DNA from: Thalia democratica
Taxonomy: Eukaryota
NCBI GenBank assembly: GCA_965202585.1
Contig: OZ241826.1
Span: 28,520,001-28,584,000 of the forward strand
Reading direction: 5' to 3'
Length of the DNA stretch: 64,000 nt
Shown here: positions 62,777 through 64,000 of the stretch, in pieces
Numbering within the stretch: the stretch's first letter is position 1
Layout of the letters: each line of letters opens with the position of its first letter
Translations under genes and position numbers: made by a program
The notes under the pieces: model-generated
What the model saw: the letters and a program-made list of their open reading frames with translations, nothing else
Databases searched by the model: none
Told to the model about the DNA's origin: nothing

Positions 62777-64000
62777 CACTACAGTGTTGTGATTTCAATG
62801 CGTCAAAATATACAAACTAGTTTTAAGAAAACGGGTACTGCATGTAATAAACTAATGAAAATGGTATTCAATTACAAATAATCGCAAGAAGTACTAAATT
62901 ATGTTTATAATAGTTATACTATGTTTTTAAATATTTCTACAATGCAAAATGTGTACCTACGGTTCTTTATTTTAATACGCTTGAAAGATTTACAAGTTAC
63001 ATGCTAATTGCAAAAAAATGTTAATCATGAATTATAGTTTATAGCTTTTATAGCTTAAAATTGTTAAAAGTTTACTTATATTTGATTTTAAAAGTGTTGA
63101 TAAAAAAATTTCTTTGTCAAAAGCAATTTTTTTTTTTGTATTTTAAAACTGCAAGACTTGTTATATTAAACCCTTGTAAGATCCAATGATTTTAAATATC
63201 TACAGTAGTATATTTAATTTTTGATCAACTAAGTATATTAACTACTAGTAATTATTTTTTAAATTAACTGGTCTTTTCATTCTTAATTTTAGGTTTTGTT
63301 ATAAAATTTACTTTTTAAAAATTAATCAATAAAATAAATTACAAACTTAACAACAACTTAGAATATAGTTCTTAAGAAAGATTAAAGTTTTATAAATACT
63401 TCTAGTTAGTTTTATAATAAATGTACCGAAATTAAGTTTGAACATTAACCAAAAACTACAGAGTTAAATGACTCAAAAGTATTTACAGTGCATCTAAGTG
63501 TTATTGGTGAATATTTTATTTGAGTTAAAGTTTTAAAACTTTGTAACTTAATTAGTTCTAATAAAACAGTAGTAAAAACCAAACACATGCGTTGTTTTTG
63601 TTAACTACAAAACGCAAAACACTCTATTAAACTTTTTTTAAATGAAAATATAAAGTTTTATCGCATAATTCAGTATGCCATTTAAATTAAAGGTTTGTAA
63701 TTGAGTTAGGATACAAATGAAACTTTTTTATCCTTTGATTTTAAAAAATATTCACTTTAATGCTCAGTTTGTTTATTCCTTGTTTTATTAACTTTAATAT
63801 AATATTGTTGTTAAAGTACTCAACTTCAAAAATTACCCAAATGCTCTTAATACCTTCCTAAACTTTTTACAATTATATGCATTAAATAAACTAATAGTAA
63901 ACAAAAAATAAGTTATGTAAATATTTTTTGTAATGGATATATGTTTAATTATTATAATTAGTTTAAAAAGCAATTATGATTTAAAAAAAGCTCCTTAGCT

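Noticed and set aside
1-64000. Most 60-95-aa F/I/K/L-rich ORFs in the track, and the idea of a recognisable intact endogenous virus
   Set aside because: These ORFs are expected by chance in AT-rich DNA. No capsid, PolB, packaging ATPase or integrase motif was seen.

Overview
Very AT-rich eukaryotic DNA (roughly three-quarters A+T by eye). It is probably from an invertebrate; a Hydra-like origin is only a guess from the transposon types. I found no rRNA, tRNA or CRISPR. Two genes are well supported. (1) A multi-exon, minus-strand homeobox gene (about 30128 to 24747) that the ORF track splits up. It has a short N-terminal domain on small exons, a 2.4-kb exon ending in 25 Y-G-Q-Q-Q-S-P-Q-D-x-T repeats, and an atypical 63-aa homeodomain (NWLMNKRRR) split by an intron in helix 3. 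One 1-nt frameshift is needed to join the large exon to the homeodomain exons. (2) An intact single-domain H-Y-E ADP-ribosyltransferase (PARP-like, 10625-11281). Most of the rest is a mosaic of nested tandem, dispersed and inverted duplications carrying several families of decayed reading frames, many broken by CAA/TAA-type changes. Inserted among them are hAT elements, a Tc1/mariner-type MITE, other MITEs, a Penelope-like RT fragment and a degenerate hammerhead-like motif. All alignments and translations were done by eye, so boundaries of old repeats are approximate.
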